A stretch of DNA of 52,138 nucleotides, filler included, from Basidiobolus ranarum (GCA_040143965.1; 2 parts of 2 records of this genome joined end to end with filler, not necessarily neighbours in it), one strand, 5' to 3'. Counted from the whole stretch's first letter, positions 25,650-39,559 are shown. Notes: generated by a model from the letters alone, not told the origin. A program made the numbers and translations.

Positions 25650-26023
25650 TTTTTGTCAGGAAATGTAACTGCTAACCCAAGAGTTTCAACTGCCTAGAAT
25701 TGAGTCAATTTATAGTTTTTGAAGATGCTCAAGGATGAGAGGAATGATCCACATTCGTTATGAACTATTGGTTGGTTGGATGAAAGCCTGATTTCCAAAA
25801 TTACAAGAAGCACTTGACCGCTGTTCCATATCCTCCATTTGTTATGAAACCCAAGATCAGTGTAGATACACGAGTTTAATCATAAATTTTTCACATCAAA
25901 CCTAGATTAGTGCTATTGTCCAATAATCTAAAGTATACTCCAATTCCATAAATAGGCTTGAAATATAGAATCTATATATAACTAATTGCTCTAAATACCG
26001 AGGACATTTCGAGATTTATATTG

Positions 26024-26123
26024 NNNNNNNNNNNNNNNNNNNNNNNNNNNNNNNNNNNNNNNNNNNNTTAATTAATTAANNNNNNNNNNNNNNNNNNNNN
26101 NNNNNNNNNNNNNNNNNNNNNNN
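26024..26123. other. Artificial assembly gap / contig-join spacer
   Basis: 44 N + TTAATTAATTAA (26068-26079, stops in all six frames) + 44 N = exactly 100 nt. Confidence 0.95.
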
Positions 26124-26842
26124 CACCGAGGCAGAAGATAAATTTGTCGATCGTGAATGCACACAGATATGTACCATACGCTATTGACCATACAATATCT
26201 ACCATATACATTATGCATTATTTCTAATCGCTGAATCGCATGATTCTCCAGGCATAAGAGCAGTGATAGTCTGCTCAAATTGGACTATAGTAACAATCAC
26301 CATTCGATAGACAGTGAACTAGATCGCATTTCAGATAGATGTTATGACATAGTTGACAAGTCAAAAGCCTGCTTCCGAACCAGTGCTGAAGTCCTACTTT
26401 TAATATAAGCTAGACTCATCACCACAATGATAAACATCCCACGCTATTCTAGTTTTTGATGACTCAAACCGTTTCATGACTTTTAGCAGTCTTTGAAGAT
26501 CCTGAGTACCCTATCCCTAAGTGATCTATCCCCTAACCCTAAGACTGCTTCACGACCAAACTAATATACTTCAATTCATAATTCAATTTGTGTGAAGTAT
26601 CAAAGATTGGTGCATTTTCACTAGTTATTGAAGCCATTATTTGAAACTTCACTTTCTGAATAGATTAATATGAAAGCCTCTGAATGTTAGCCTCCTTAAC
26701 TTCAGTGTTCTTTCACTCCCACTCCCACTCACTATTCTACTTGATTTTCCTCTTCTCCTTTTAATACTTCACGATAAATATTTTCAACGTAACTAAATCA
26801 ACTATCAGGTAAAGATAGTCTAAAGTAATATTGGTTGAAATA

Positions 26843-29063
26843 ATGAACTCCTTATGGAGTGGTATTCGTCAAATTCTAGCCAACAAGACTTCTTTATTTT
26901 CACCTGGACAACTTAGTAAAAAGAGAGAATTCAGCTTACATAGTATTCATAAAAGCAATAATAGTACAATAAGTTCTAAAAGTACCAATATAGAGGAAGA
27001 TATTTCCCAAGTGGAAAGTAATAACTACTCTGAACAGAATGAGAAACTTACCAACCACCAAGTGGTTTGCAAAGTCAAACGAACCAACGGGATAAGAGAA
27101 CCTTGCGCTACAAACAATTCGGTACTGGGGACTGATGGAGAAACAAAAAGAATACGTTGGGAAGAACGAGTGAGTATTTAGTGATAAATATATTGTGAAA
27201 CTCAACTGAACTTTATATTCTAATAACAGCAAAGAATTAGAAAAGAACAAAGAAAACGCAAGAGAAAACTAGCAGGTAAAAACTTTTATTTAGCTAACGA
27301 ATACTCAACATAGTATCAATCTAGGTTGGATATTGGAAGTTTAGAGCACAGTACGTTGCTAACCCTAATTTTACTTTTGAAGAACTTGACCGAAGAACAT
27401 CTTTACCCGCGTCCAAAGCACGAACTCGATTAGGAGATGGAAAGTATGGAAACACTGTAAATATCAACTCTTCAACCATGCGGAACTCGTCAATCACCAA
27501 ATCTGTGAAGAATTTCTTAAGTGCTTTTGAGACAGTATTACATAATAGTAAAAGTAAAGAAGCCCAACGCTATTCGACTTTGTTTGACCAACCTAATGAG
27601 ACACTAGATAAAAATGCTCTAAAGATATTCATCGGTACTTGGAATATGTATGGAAAAGTAGGTCTTGATATCTGGAATTATATTTTGGGTAATACTAAAC
27701 AGAAAATTTGGTAAATTTAAAGCCAGCTCCAAAGACACTATATCCTTTTATCGAAACACCAACTCGAGCACAAACAAGCGCTACACCATACCTAAGTAAA
27801 AAGCTTGCACATCCATATCATTTGTTGGTCATTGGAACGCAGGAATGTCAACGTCCTATCTCAGAATCAGTTTTATTTCCATCAAAAGAAGAGTGGGAGA
27901 ATCAGTTGATTGAACTGCTAGGTCCGCAATATGTGCTAGTGAAAACAGAAACTATGGCTGCCTTGCATTTGGCTGTATTTGTTTGGAAAGAGTGTAAGCA
28001 TTGGATCAAAGGTGACTGGCATCTATGTGGATATTCACACTCCAACCGCTATCTTAACTCACGAGCCTTCTTCAATACAGAGAAAAACTCTGCCCAAGTA
28101 GCTACTGGGATAGGTGGAGTTATTGCGAACAAAGGAGGGGTTGGAATCTCCTTACTTTTTGGTAACACATCATTTCTCTTCGTAAATAGCCATTTCACAG
28201 GTATTGTTTGATACACGTTATCGATTCATTAAATAAGTCTCTCATGTGAAAACAAATGCATAGCCCATGAAAACAAAGTAGCTGAAAGAAACTATGATTA
28301 CAAAAGAATCGAGAAAGAGTTGAAGTTAGATGGCTATAACTTAACAGAAGGTAATCACTTAACGCTCTTAAAGATTCGCTGTACCGTATATCCATTGAAA
28401 TGTTTCATTCATTCAGAGAAGGCTGCCCTTGCTAGTGATCGATTTGATTACACTTTCTGGTTTGGAGATCTGAATTATCGAGTCATGGAAAAGCGCACCA
28501 TTATTGATGCAAAGCTACGAGAAGGGGATATGAAAGTACCATCACTTTCAAACATGTCAGCGTTACCAAAAAACAATACTAATCCTATAATCTAGTATCT
28601 TCACGCTCGTGAACAACTGACCATAGAACGTCGAGATGGCAAAGTATTCCTTGGATTTGAGGAAGGACCAGTAAACTTCCTACCCACTTATAAGTTTGAC
28701 GTGATCCCTCATACTTCGACATCGTCAAGTTCAAACGACAGTGGTGGATTAGTTAGTGGTACTGATGTTTATGATTCGAGTAGTAAAGCGCGAATACCCT
28801 CTTGGACAGATCGAGTGCTTTACAAACGAAGGAGTGGAAAAGTTAAAGTGTATCAGTACAATGGTATAATGGATATGCGTGGATCAGATCATAGACCAGT
28901 GGTTGGGATTTTTTCAGTAGAATTCGACTGGAAAAAAGAGTTGATTTGGGAACTTCAAAAATCTTTTGAGCAAGGAACTGTCACTCAGACGATGGAACAA
29001 CAACGAGATCTGACACTTGCTAAACTAGCTAAAGAACAAAGTTCTTATTGCGCTATGCAGTAA
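26843..29063 (+). CDS. Inositol polyphosphate 5-phosphatase, INPP5E-like, with C-terminal CaaX
   Basis: IFIGTWNM, IGTQEC, NKGGVGI, FVNSHF, FWFGDLNYR, PTYKFD, RIPSWTDRVLY and SDHRPV motifs across GT-AG spliced exons; ends CAMQ*. Confidence 0.9.
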
Positions 29064-29493
29064 TTTCTTATCTTACCCCATCAGCATCAATCATCACATT
29101 AGCTTCTGGCTATAGTGACTATTGCTTAATAGTCGGCTATATATAGACTTTATTTGTAAGATTTTTCGAAACACATTGATAAAGCTCCAGATTCATAAAT
29201 ATAAACCTTTTATAATAATTAGTTCTTTATAAAATACATGGGCGACAACATATGAAATTTATGATTCTTTAATGAGTTCAAAAACTAAAGATGAATAGTA
29301 ATTCGAAATAAATACCAACAAAGATGTTAAAAAAGAGTTAAAGAAACTATACAAGAAGGCCGTATAACAATGCTGGAAGAAAAAAGTAGCATTAGAGCTA
29401 AAAGGGATACGTAATATACTTCATACAACAAGGGACATTCAAACATGTGGAATATATATATAAAAACCCATCTAAAGTGGATGCTCGAGCATG

Positions 29494-32400
29494 CTAATTA
29501 TTCCCATCATTCCCTGGCGGCAGTTGCTGTGGTTGGTTGGGTCTTTTTCGTGGTTTCGCTGGGCTTCTATTTCGCTGATTTGAAGCAGCATTCTGATTAC
29601 CAGCGTGTTGATCAAGTTGAGAATTGCCAGGTACAGGTGAATGAGAGGAAGGAAGTAATACAGGAGATCCTGCGGCTGCGGCGGCGGCGGCCGCCGCTGC
29701 CGCCGCACTCACTTGCCCACGTGAGGATGCTAACGCCAAGGCTTGGAGTGTTTGAGCCGTTTTGGCTACTCTTGCGGCCTGCGCGGCCTGTGCATGTGCT
29801 TGCTGATAGGCGGTCTGTTGACGTAACTGGCGTTGCTTCTCTATATTAGCTAAAAGCTCGGGAGTCAACTATAGGGGGAAACATCAGAAAAAAATACTAT
29901 CTACCGATTGCGTAAAATGTATACAAACCTGAGCCTGACTAAGTGCTGCTTGAGCCTGTTGGAACGCAATCAAACTAGCATTATTACTTTGTGAATCTGC
30001 TGACATCTGATGGGCTTGATTTTGTTGCGCTTGCTTTTGTTGTTGCAACAACTGATATAATTGAGCCTGATGTGCTTGTAATGCCAATTTCTGTGCAATT
30101 TCAGGTGATAATTGTGGATATTGTGCGGCTATTGCAGCAAGTGCCGTATTGGTAGCTGCCACAGATGGAGCAGCACTTCCTTCCGCCAATTTGGCACCTG
30201 GTCGAACTTTGGCAAAACCGGTGGTGGGAGTTGCGTTGTGAGGCCTGATTATTGTCGCATTTCGAGCTGCTAATAAAGCTTGAACTTGCTCCTGATTCAT
30301 ACGGGTCCCAGGTGGCATTCTAACCATTGGACTATTCGGTTTTGGGGATGTCTGCGGCGGTTGGGGATTAGCTGAAGGTCTGGGTTGAGCTGATGTAGCG
30401 GTGGAAGGAGTAGTTGTAGGGACTGGATTTGGGGTAGTTGGGGGTATCGATGTGGAGGCTTGGGCTGAAGGTGTGGAAGCAGCCGGGCCCTGAGTAGGTG
30501 TTCGGTTGGTAGATGTCATGGGATTCGCACCAGCTCTTGACAAAAGAGGCCTAGCATGACCATGCATAGCATAAGCAGCAACAGCCGCTTGTTTTTGCTC
30601 CAACATGGCTTGAGCATAACTTCTGTCCCTTTCATATTTCATTTGTCCCAAATCAGCAGGTGTAAGAACCCGCCCTTCACCCCCCTGAGATTGAGAATGG
30701 GTTTCATGAGCAGTAAGATTTACTTTCTTAGGAGTTCCAGCAACGGTTCTCTGTGCGGCTTCCCTTTTCTTGACAGCTTTTTTAATTGCATCAGCAATAC
30801 TGGAGCGCTTATAGAATGGCTTCGAATTGTCGGATTTAGTTCCCTTTTGCTTCGGGTCTTTAGGAGTTATCAATGGTGATATTTTGGTTGGGTCGAATCG
30901 CTGAGCAATAGGAATACCAGGAATATGTTTTATCAAATCAGTTGGCTGCTTGTCAATCTGGACCCAACGAACATAGAAATCCCAAGATGTGTGAAACTCT
31001 ATTGATGGTGACCTCCGTTTGCAATTGAACAAATCAGCAACTAAATCCCAATTAAACGCATATCTTCGAGCATATTCTTTTAGTAACTCATCATCCTCAA
31101 TTGACCACCCACTTGGTAATGAGAAATCTGTAGGCGCTGAGCCTTTAGGCTCGCTAACAATAGTTGGTAGCACAGACTCTCTCATCTTTTTTAGAGAAAA
31201 GATAGCTGAAAACAATAGGAACGAGATAAATATGGGAATAAAAAAGGCTACATCGAAAATAGCTTACGTGATTGACATTGGAAGAAAGCATCCGGAATAG
31301 GAGTCCGAGGCATACCAACAATAGGATCTTCATCTTGTGAATATTGAAAGTGCTTAATATCGACCACATTGGACATTCTAGCTTTTTTCCAAACTGGTTT
31401 GTCTTTCATTGTTGGTCTGCAGTGCAATAACTTCGTTACTGGCACAATATACCCTTGCTCAGCAATATCTAAGTAAGCCTCTCCATCGTCAGGATTGGGA
31501 GGATACAGGATAGGAAGGTCAGGAAAAAGTGCACTGATATCAGTAAAAGAATCAGTAACAGCTACAATCACTGCACTAGGATCAAGATCAAACAGCATTC
31601 TACGTGATTTTTCATTGACAACGAATGGCAAAGGAAATTCTTTCCTCTCGGATTTACAAGGTTTGGTATCAGAAAGAAGCATAGGATCCTTATCTCCTTT
31701 AAATATGATTTCCTCTTGTGTTGTTGCATGGACCGCGGTCTCCTCAATCTCCGGCTGGCATCTATTCCAAATGAGTCAGCTAAGTCAAGTAAAGCTTGTA
31801 TCAAAAGAAATACATACACAATATCAGTTGAAAATGTCAGATCACTTAATTCCAGTGGATTATCAATGAATTCGTGGTTGATGACATCCTCCATATCAAT
31901 ATCTTCCAGCTCCGTTTTTTGTGGGACTGGTGGTTGCGAAGCGACCTAGTCAAGTATTGGTAAGCTTAAGAATTTCGAACAACGACACTCAATTGACTAA
32001 CCTTTACGCAAACATCTTGCTTATTATCTGTGGCATGCCATTCCATCACCCATTTACCTATCTGATGGGCCATTGCAATCTTCCATTTTCGCTCCTCTCT
32101 AAAATCAGTACGGAGCCATTTCTACAAAGAAACGAATTAGTTTGACAGCAGCTACAGTAGATTGACAAACTATATCCAACCATCTCCTCTAATAAATGAT
32201 CCCAATGGGTTTTTGTCCGCGGAGGTGCCTTGTGTTTACGTATTTGACGAAAACTCCATTGATTTAATTTTTTTAAAGAATCAATTTTTTGATGTACCCA
32301 AAGTTGCTTCAATTCCTCTCGAGCAGCCTAAAGTTAAAAATTCAGAAACGTGATTGATTAAAGATGTGGAAACTTTGTTGATTATATACCTTGAAGCTTT

Positions 32401-33450
32401 GTGTACTCAAAGCTTTACTGGAGTGCTCGATTAATTTGTGTAATGGTTGACTACGCACGTTCAACTGCCACGCTTCAGCATTTGCAGCTTTTACTGCGTT
32501 GTTCTTGAAGTCGTAGTAGTGGCTGGGGATTTTACTTGGGATAGTTGTACGTTGAGGAGGTTTTTTGGCGATTATACGCACTGGCGTTTTAGTAATTTCA
32601 GTGCTGAGGCTCTTTGATCCAGTCTGTGAAAACTATAAAATATGAATTGGGATCCTTAAAGGCTTGAACTATATTTAACTAAATTCGTTACGTTGTCGAT
32701 TTCCTGCGAAGTAGGTGTGCTTGCGTTTGCCATCCCCTCAGTAAGAACTTCTTCTATATTTTCTGTAATGAAGTTAAGTTTATGTGTAAAAATATTAGCC
32801 AAAAGAATCTATTACCATTTTCAATATCTTCACTAAGCTTAGGGGATTGAAGGATCTACATACAAGTGAATAAGATCAATAAATGAGATAAAAGTCAAGA
32901 GACGATGTACAAGTATGACATACGCTATAAGTAATTCCAATTTCGACAAGAAATAACTATTAGTAAAGCAGTCAAAAATAACTAGGTTGTATAGTGTGTA
33001 GACACTACCTATCCAGATTTTTCGACGCAATGAATTCGTCTATTTCTTTTTCACAAATGTCATCGAAATCTTGTTTAATTTCCAATATGGAATCAGTTTC
33101 GTCGCAATGATTCATCATATAATATAGTTCTTTTAGCATTGGTTTGCGTCTCTTTAATATTTCACTATAAAGGTAGTTTAAACACAAACTTGTATTAACA
33201 TCAAAATGCAAAGGAGTTAATTTAAGTAAATAACAACTTTATCTGTTCTTCTCGAGAGTTTAACATTTCGGATCTTAATTCAAGTATATTGGGCTAAAAA
33301 ATAGTTAGGGTAACGATTAGCTTAAGATTATAATATAAATCACATAAAAAATAGAAAGAAAGCGAGAAAAACACGTAAATACATTACCGAGTTAGAAAAT
33401 ACGACCTCAGAGATGTCCGCCCGATTGGGAAGTTCAAAAGCATTATCCAT
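29494..33450 (-). CDS. EAF1: NuA4 scaffold subunit Eaf1/Vid21, multi-exon (5' exons approximate)
   Basis: WSFRQ...KTHWDHLLEEM|KWLRTDFREERKWKIAMA (HSA domain), SANT/Myb WSIEDDELLKEYARRYAFNWDLVAD, AHETH motif, Q/A/P-rich tail. Confidence 0.85.
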
Positions 33451-34353
33451 AATCTTTAAAATAGATAAATTAGAACAGATCCATAATCTTCACTTCAAAG
33501 TGTGTGGATTATGGTATAGAGTGGATTGTCAACAAGATTAAAAGCAATCACTCTGTAGTAAATCAAGCTGAAAGGAACAACGAGAAGGCCTGTCGTTCAA
33601 TGCCCTGGTTTGACAATCTCAATTTAGCAAATTTCTTGTGACTCCAATTATAAAGAGATTCTCTGAATTAGTTTAATTTGTTAATAATTTGATTAAACTT
33701 AGCAACTGAGATGAACTTCAGATCTTCATATGGCGGACTATAACACAGATATTTCAAGATGGACATAAGGTTAGCTAAATTATTATTATGATATGTACTA
33801 TATGGGAGACGATTATGTATTTGCGACATGGAGGTTAGCTAGGCAATGTTGTACCATCACACGGCTAATCTGATAAATATAATATTATGCTTGATTTGTC
33901 ATTCAGCTCTCGAAACTTAAAAATAGCGTGTATAGAACTCGAGTAAATGCGCCAAGATAGTGCTAAGTTGTGGTTTTTGGGGACGCAGCTCTTATTCTTT
34001 AATAATCATCGTTCCAAAGGTAGCTTCTGTTTAATCCAGATGACTTCATCATGAATCCATTTCCAACCGAGGCGTGCCATGTATTGAAACTGGATATACA
34101 TCAATTAGATGTACGGTGGCCCGTGCTGAGCCACTGACCCTCACGTTTTAGTCAATTTTACCCTCGTGAGACTGAGTGACTTCGACCATATATGTATTGC
34201 GGAAATACTCGCAACAATGCCTCTTCTTTCGGCCTACTTTGACATTTCAAGAGCAATAAATGATGTAATGGTTTTTGGATGCTGAGGGTATATAAATACT
34301 CGAGTAACAGTTTCGTAATTTTATTATTACACTCCTTTGCATTAAAACCACCT

Positions 34354-34752
34354 ATGACACTTGAGAAACCTCAACATACTTCCTTCCCAGTAGACCGGAA
34401 GCGTAAACCTAGTTCAATTACTTTACCAAAGAACCCGTACATGAAGATAGACTATAGCCCTAAACATGAATTCGACAATAGGGAGGTAGGAAGCCTCCCA
34501 GAAGAACTCGAGTCACTATCGATAAATAACAAAGCTCACAATGATGCCTCAGATATTTGTAAGAGTGATAGTTTAGAGAAACAATGTGATAGCCCGCCCA
34601 GGTCCAAGAGGGCGCGTTATAAGGAGCGCTCGCAAACTGCGTATCATCACTCACTTGCTGTTCGTTATGAGCAACTGCTTTTAAGATATATGCTGCTAAG
34701 CGAAAGATATCACTTCCCGGGAGTTGTTCAAAGTTTTTCTGGTGGCTTTTAG
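34354..34752 (+). CDS. Small intronless hypothetical protein (~132 aa)
   Basis: ORF from ATG 34354 with TATAAATA ~60 nt upstream; basic NLS-like patches (RKRK, RSKRAR) and a C-terminal helix RYEQLLLRYMLLSERY. No known domain recognised. Confidence 0.5.
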   Translation: MTLEKPQHTSFPVDRKRKPSSITLPKNPYMKIDYSPKHEFDNREVGSLPEELESLSINNKAHNDASDICKSDSLEKQCDSPPRSKRARYKERSQTAYHHSLAVRYEQLLLRYMLLSERYHFPGVVQSFSGGF

Positions 34753-35399
34753 CAGAAAGCTAAGTCACCTACTAGAGCTATACCCCCTCCTTCATTGTAT
34801 AAACTCCCTTCATTTCTGTTACTCTTTGCACTCACCAACATATATATATACACTCTTTCACTTTTAATTACACCCTGAAATATATTCCATTCACTCTCAC
34901 ATTATCTGTTGAATTTCCTTGTATCAAATGCATAGTTTACTTTCATATTAGTAACTGTTACCACCGATTATTGATGTTAATAGAAGTTACATAGTTACTA
35001 CTATTTTTGTACGAACATATGGTAAAGATTAGAAAGCTTCCACCCAAAGAGCTAGATCTGGCCATAATAGTTATAAATAGAGTCAACCGTCCCATGATGC
35101 TAGACCTGATCCTCAAAGTGACGTCATGGAATGGTTTAGTGTTAATTAAACAATTATGGCTAAGTGTATTTGATATGCTATCATCTATACAGCACTCTCC
35201 AACTATACAAACCTCATCGATCTTGATTTAAAATAAATATTGGCTTAAAATTACTTCTAATTCCGACATAAACCAGTCACTGGAAAAAGAAAAAAAATCC
35301 CAAATTTTGAATCACAAAAATTCAAAAGAAAAGTAATACTTCAAGAAACATGCGTGATATTACCGTTTCTTTCTTTGAACATTTAAAATATAGAGAAAC

Positions 35400-36917
35400 A
35401 TGACTGAAACAACCGAAAATCTCCCAAAGCCTACTGAAGGTCTTGATGAAGAGACGGAACTTCAGATTGTAGCACAAATTGAAGAATATTTAAGTGACGA
35501 GAAGCTTCCTAAAGACACGGAATTGTTGGAATTAATTCAAAAGAATCGATTCGGATGTAGGTTTTTTTCAACTTTAAACTACTTTCGTTAAATGTTGTGA
35601 TGAAGGAAGCGGCATAAAAGTTATCTTATTCTGTACCTAAAACGAATTGTCCCATTTTTAGGGGTTCCTATCTATAAGTTATGCAAAAGAGAGGAATTAC
35701 AGAAATATCACGAGGATGAGGTTAAACAAGCCCTAAAGAGGAGTTCTGATAAATTTGAGCTTAATCGTACTGGTCGTGAAATTCGTAGAGCAAAGCCTTT
35801 ACCAAAGGCACCAAGCCATTTCTCAAGAAGTATTTATGCTGTGAGTCACAAATATATTACTCCCCAGATGCATATCTTGTTAAACTTGCTTACATTATAG
35901 AAAGGTTTCCCAGAAGAAACACCAGAGCTAGAAGCTAAATTACTCGAATTCTTTGGTCAATTTGGAACCGTCGAGCAAGTCAGGTTTCGTCGTGAAAAAG
36001 AGACTGATGCTTTTAAAGTAACTAGCATACCTGTACTCCGAGTTGACATATTGGATCGCTAACAATAAGTCGTTTAGGGGTCAGTTTTCGTTGAATACAG
36101 CACTCTAGAGGAGGCCAATCAAGTTGCTAATATGGAATTGAAGTACGAAGAAGCTGATCTTCTTGTGATGACCAAGTAATTATCAATTTCAACGTGATGT
36201 TCCTCATTGTATATAATTAACGGTACATCTTGTAATCAATTAAGAGCTGCTTACTGCTCTATGAAAGAAGAGCAGTTAGGAATTACTTCTATATTTATGG
36301 GCGAGGAAAAAAAGCCATTCAAGTACAAGCATAGATGTCTGGTTCAATTTGTTAATGCTGGGCCTGAAGCAGAAATCGCTGCCATTAAGGTATTACATGG
36401 AATAGTTCACTGTAACGATCAATATGACTAATTACAAAATGTGTAGGATGCTATGAATTCTGAAGTGAATTATGTTCAACTTGATAAAGAGAAGAACAGC
36501 GGTATTATCGAGCTTAGAGATCCCATATCTGAAGAGGCTTTTGAGAAATTAAAGACCAATAATGATATTCTTTTCGACGGAGTTCACCCTGAATTTAATA
36601 TTATTGAGGGTATTGTGCGCCTCTTTTAGTTGGTATTTTTCTGCGCTAACATTTTTCAACTGATAGGAGAGGAAGAGAAAATGTACTACGAGGCTAAATT
36701 GTTTCTCGATAAACGTAAGGAAACTAGAGACCAAGGGCGTAGAGGTCGTGGAGGTCGTGGTCGCGGAGGTCGTGGAGGTCGCGGGCGAGGTGGAGGACGT
36801 GGACGTGGTGGCTTTTCCAATAAGAGAAGATCTAATGATGACGATCAAGGCAAAGAAAGAAAGGTACCAAAAAAAGAAGAAAAGCAAAAAGGTACCTTAA
36901 TTGAAGTAGGAAAATAA
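35400..36917 (+). CDS. La-family RNA-binding protein (La motif + RRM + second RRM-like region + RGG tail), divergent
   Basis: QIEEYLSDEKLPKD...GWVPI...IRR (La motif), RSIYAKGFP...FKGSVFVEY (RRM1), EGEEEKMYY helix, RGG repeat at ~36736-36812; spliced exons join in frame. Confidence 0.85.
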
Positions 36918-37173
36918 TGCGAGATTTCAATTTCACTAAATGAAAATTGTATACCTGTTCATTTAATTTAACACATAATAATATTCCAAAAAACCGAACT
37001 ACCCATTGAGAACCATTTGAAGAATCAATATTATTCAGATAAAGCGATTTGTAGTGAAAGAGGGGAAATATATGCTTGATACTAATCGACAATATATTTG
37101 TTGATTTATTTTAGAACTTCTTTAACTATACATGTACGAGTACTAATGCAGAACAATTTATGTAAACCCACTT

Positions 37174-38932
37174 CTATTGGCGCTCCGATGCTTCCAACCA
37201 GTCAGCGTATTTGTCAAGACGCTGTTTGGCTTCTTCTTCAGTTTCATCCGATCCTTTCAGACTGCTCTTTTGATACTTGGTCTTACCATCATATATTTCT
37301 GCCTTGATTTGACGACCAGCGAAAAACCGGCCGTTCATCATCTAAATGGCCATATTTATCAATTAGAGGCTTTCGACGACAACTAATTCAAACACATACC
37401 TTGATACAGGCATCGGCGCCCAATTTCTCTCTGAATTTTACGGAGCAAACACCATCTTCGGTTTTCTAGAGTTGGGGATTATTGTAAGCTATTTCTAGTG
37501 ATGGCGAATGGAATCAAAGAATACATACATCGAACACGACAATGTTAGTGACTTCTCCTAATTTCTCACACTCGGAACGGATGTCTTCCTTAAGGTCTAT
37601 AAGAAGTGCAGGATCATCCTATTGTATATATATATGAATCGATTAAATTAAGTCGACAAGAAGTGGTAAATTCAAGTGAAATTCAAGAAGTGGCAAATTT
37701 CAACACACCTCAATCTCCTGTTGTGTAAACATGTGCTTAAGGATTACAACTTTGTTGTATTTTTCTGCTGCCTTTGCCTCATCAGCCTCGAACCAGTCAA
37801 GTTTTCTAGTGACGGTCTATTAATAACCATCGACCGGAGAGCTTCGAGGAATACATTAAATTTACCTTTCAAGCTTGCTAAACTTCTTTTGAAGCACCTT
37901 TTTATCTATCCTAGATTTTTTGGCCGCTTTTTCTTCGGCAGACTTCTCTTTGAATTCTGCCTAGAAATATGCATGGATAGATGATTAGTCCACGTATGGT
38001 ACCGTAAATCTTTTATCTGTAAGCAAACCTCATGAACATGAATTTTGGAATTCTCATTAAAACGAAATTCCGTATCATCGAGTAAAGTACAGGCAAGAGT
38101 CACGGATTCTTCTTTGAAATAGGTTACCAACGCGTCTCCTTTCAAACTTCCATCTTCGTTTGTATAAAGTTTGATTCTTGGTTTGCCTAATAAAACATAG
38201 TTTGATGGAATTCAGTGGTCTGAGAAAAATGTTCCTGATATGAGCATCATGTTACCTGTGTTGATATCCTCTTGAAGAATCCCACATTTGGTAAAAACTT
38301 TGGAAATTTCATCAACAGTTGTATCCAAGGGCAGACCAGTCACATAAACTGACGTAACAGGTCTTTTGTTCGGTAGAGCTCGTTTTTCCGGCTATATCAT
38401 GAAAAGCAAGTTGAGAAGAGCTAATTGAGATATATATGCGTGGAAGAATATTCCTACCTTCTTTTGATCAGGTTGTGCTTCAGTTTCTGGAGATGCCTCT
38501 TTGACATCCTATTGAAAATAAAAACGAAAAGATCGTATCACTCATTCACACGTAAAGCATATATATCTGACTTTTTTACCGGTTGCTTTTGATTTGGATC
38601 GTCATAGATGGATTGTTGAGAATTCACTAGGCTTTCGTTCCACTGTTTTTCGCGACAGGTTTTTCAATATATAGCTCGAAGGTTTTGGGGAGAGAAATAT
38701 AGGGAAGGGCAGAAATAGGGTATATATAAGGTTGGGGATAAACAGGAGGCCACTTTACCATTGGGAACCAGGCGTGCTGAGTTTCATCATATTCATAACT
38801 GATCCCTTCGTCGTCAGTATAAGTCCATTTACCAGTTTCTTGAACATAAATCATCCGAGAATCAGAAAAATTCTGTGGAACTTGTGGCTGCCCTGAAGCG
38901 GACATTGCGGGAGAGATGGTGTTGTTGGACAT
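37174..38932 (-). CDS. CUS2: U2 snRNP-associated factor Cus2/Tat-SF1 (HTATSF1), multi-exon
   Basis: TSVYVTGLP, KCGIL, IKLY...KGDALVTYFKEESVTLA (RRM1); VVILKHMF...DLKEDIRSECEKLGEV...MNGRFFAGR (UHM); RLDKYADWLE end. Confidence 0.9.
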
Positions 38933-39559
38933 CAGAAAACTAAACTTGGATTTGAATGGTGTGCAACGCTATCACTGATTTTACTACTCAACACAGTTAA
39001 TATCGATAAAAAATTAGTAAGAAATCTCAGTTGAATTTGTGAAAAATTACCCCCAAGCTTACTATACCAATAATAGTATCACGAAAATCAGCAATGACAG
39101 ATGTTACATATGAACGTGACGTGACTTTATTGCAAGCAAATGTATGATTAAAGTGACAATCGCAAAGTTTACAAGCCAATGGCGGAACAAGCGTAAGTAT
39201 ATTATATATTAACTCGTTACCATTGAGAAGAGACTATCTCGTTGCCATCTAGCTTCTTTCAAATTGCATCTACAAGCCTCATTAAAACATATTGAAAGGG
39301 AATCAGAGGAGACTGACTGAATAAGAAATATAAAGTTAAATTGAAAACTACTGATTTATTACAAACAATCCCCGAGTGTGTAAATGGTGACAAAGGGAAC
39401 AAAGGTAAACATAGAACGTGGAATAAGAATAAGCTATTATGAGATTGCATTCTCTCAGCATCTTCGATCTATAAACGACAGCCATTAGACCTAAACGCAA
39501 AAAGATGAATCAAGCCAGGCAATCCTACAAATCGATAAATATCAGCCAAGACGCTACAC

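Noticed and set aside
26515-26542. CCCTAA units as a telomere remnant near the gap
   Set aside because: Only two adjacent units plus one isolated unit; expected by chance.
29445-29849. Plus-strand 134-aa ORF with RRRRPPLPP, and other ORFs overlapping EAF1
   Set aside because: Antisense or alternate-frame shadows of the GC-rich poly-Ala/Gln tail of EAF1.
35557-35661. Intronic box C/D snoRNA in La intron 1 (GTGATGA box C-like)
   Set aside because: No downstream CTGA box D or terminal stem within the intron.
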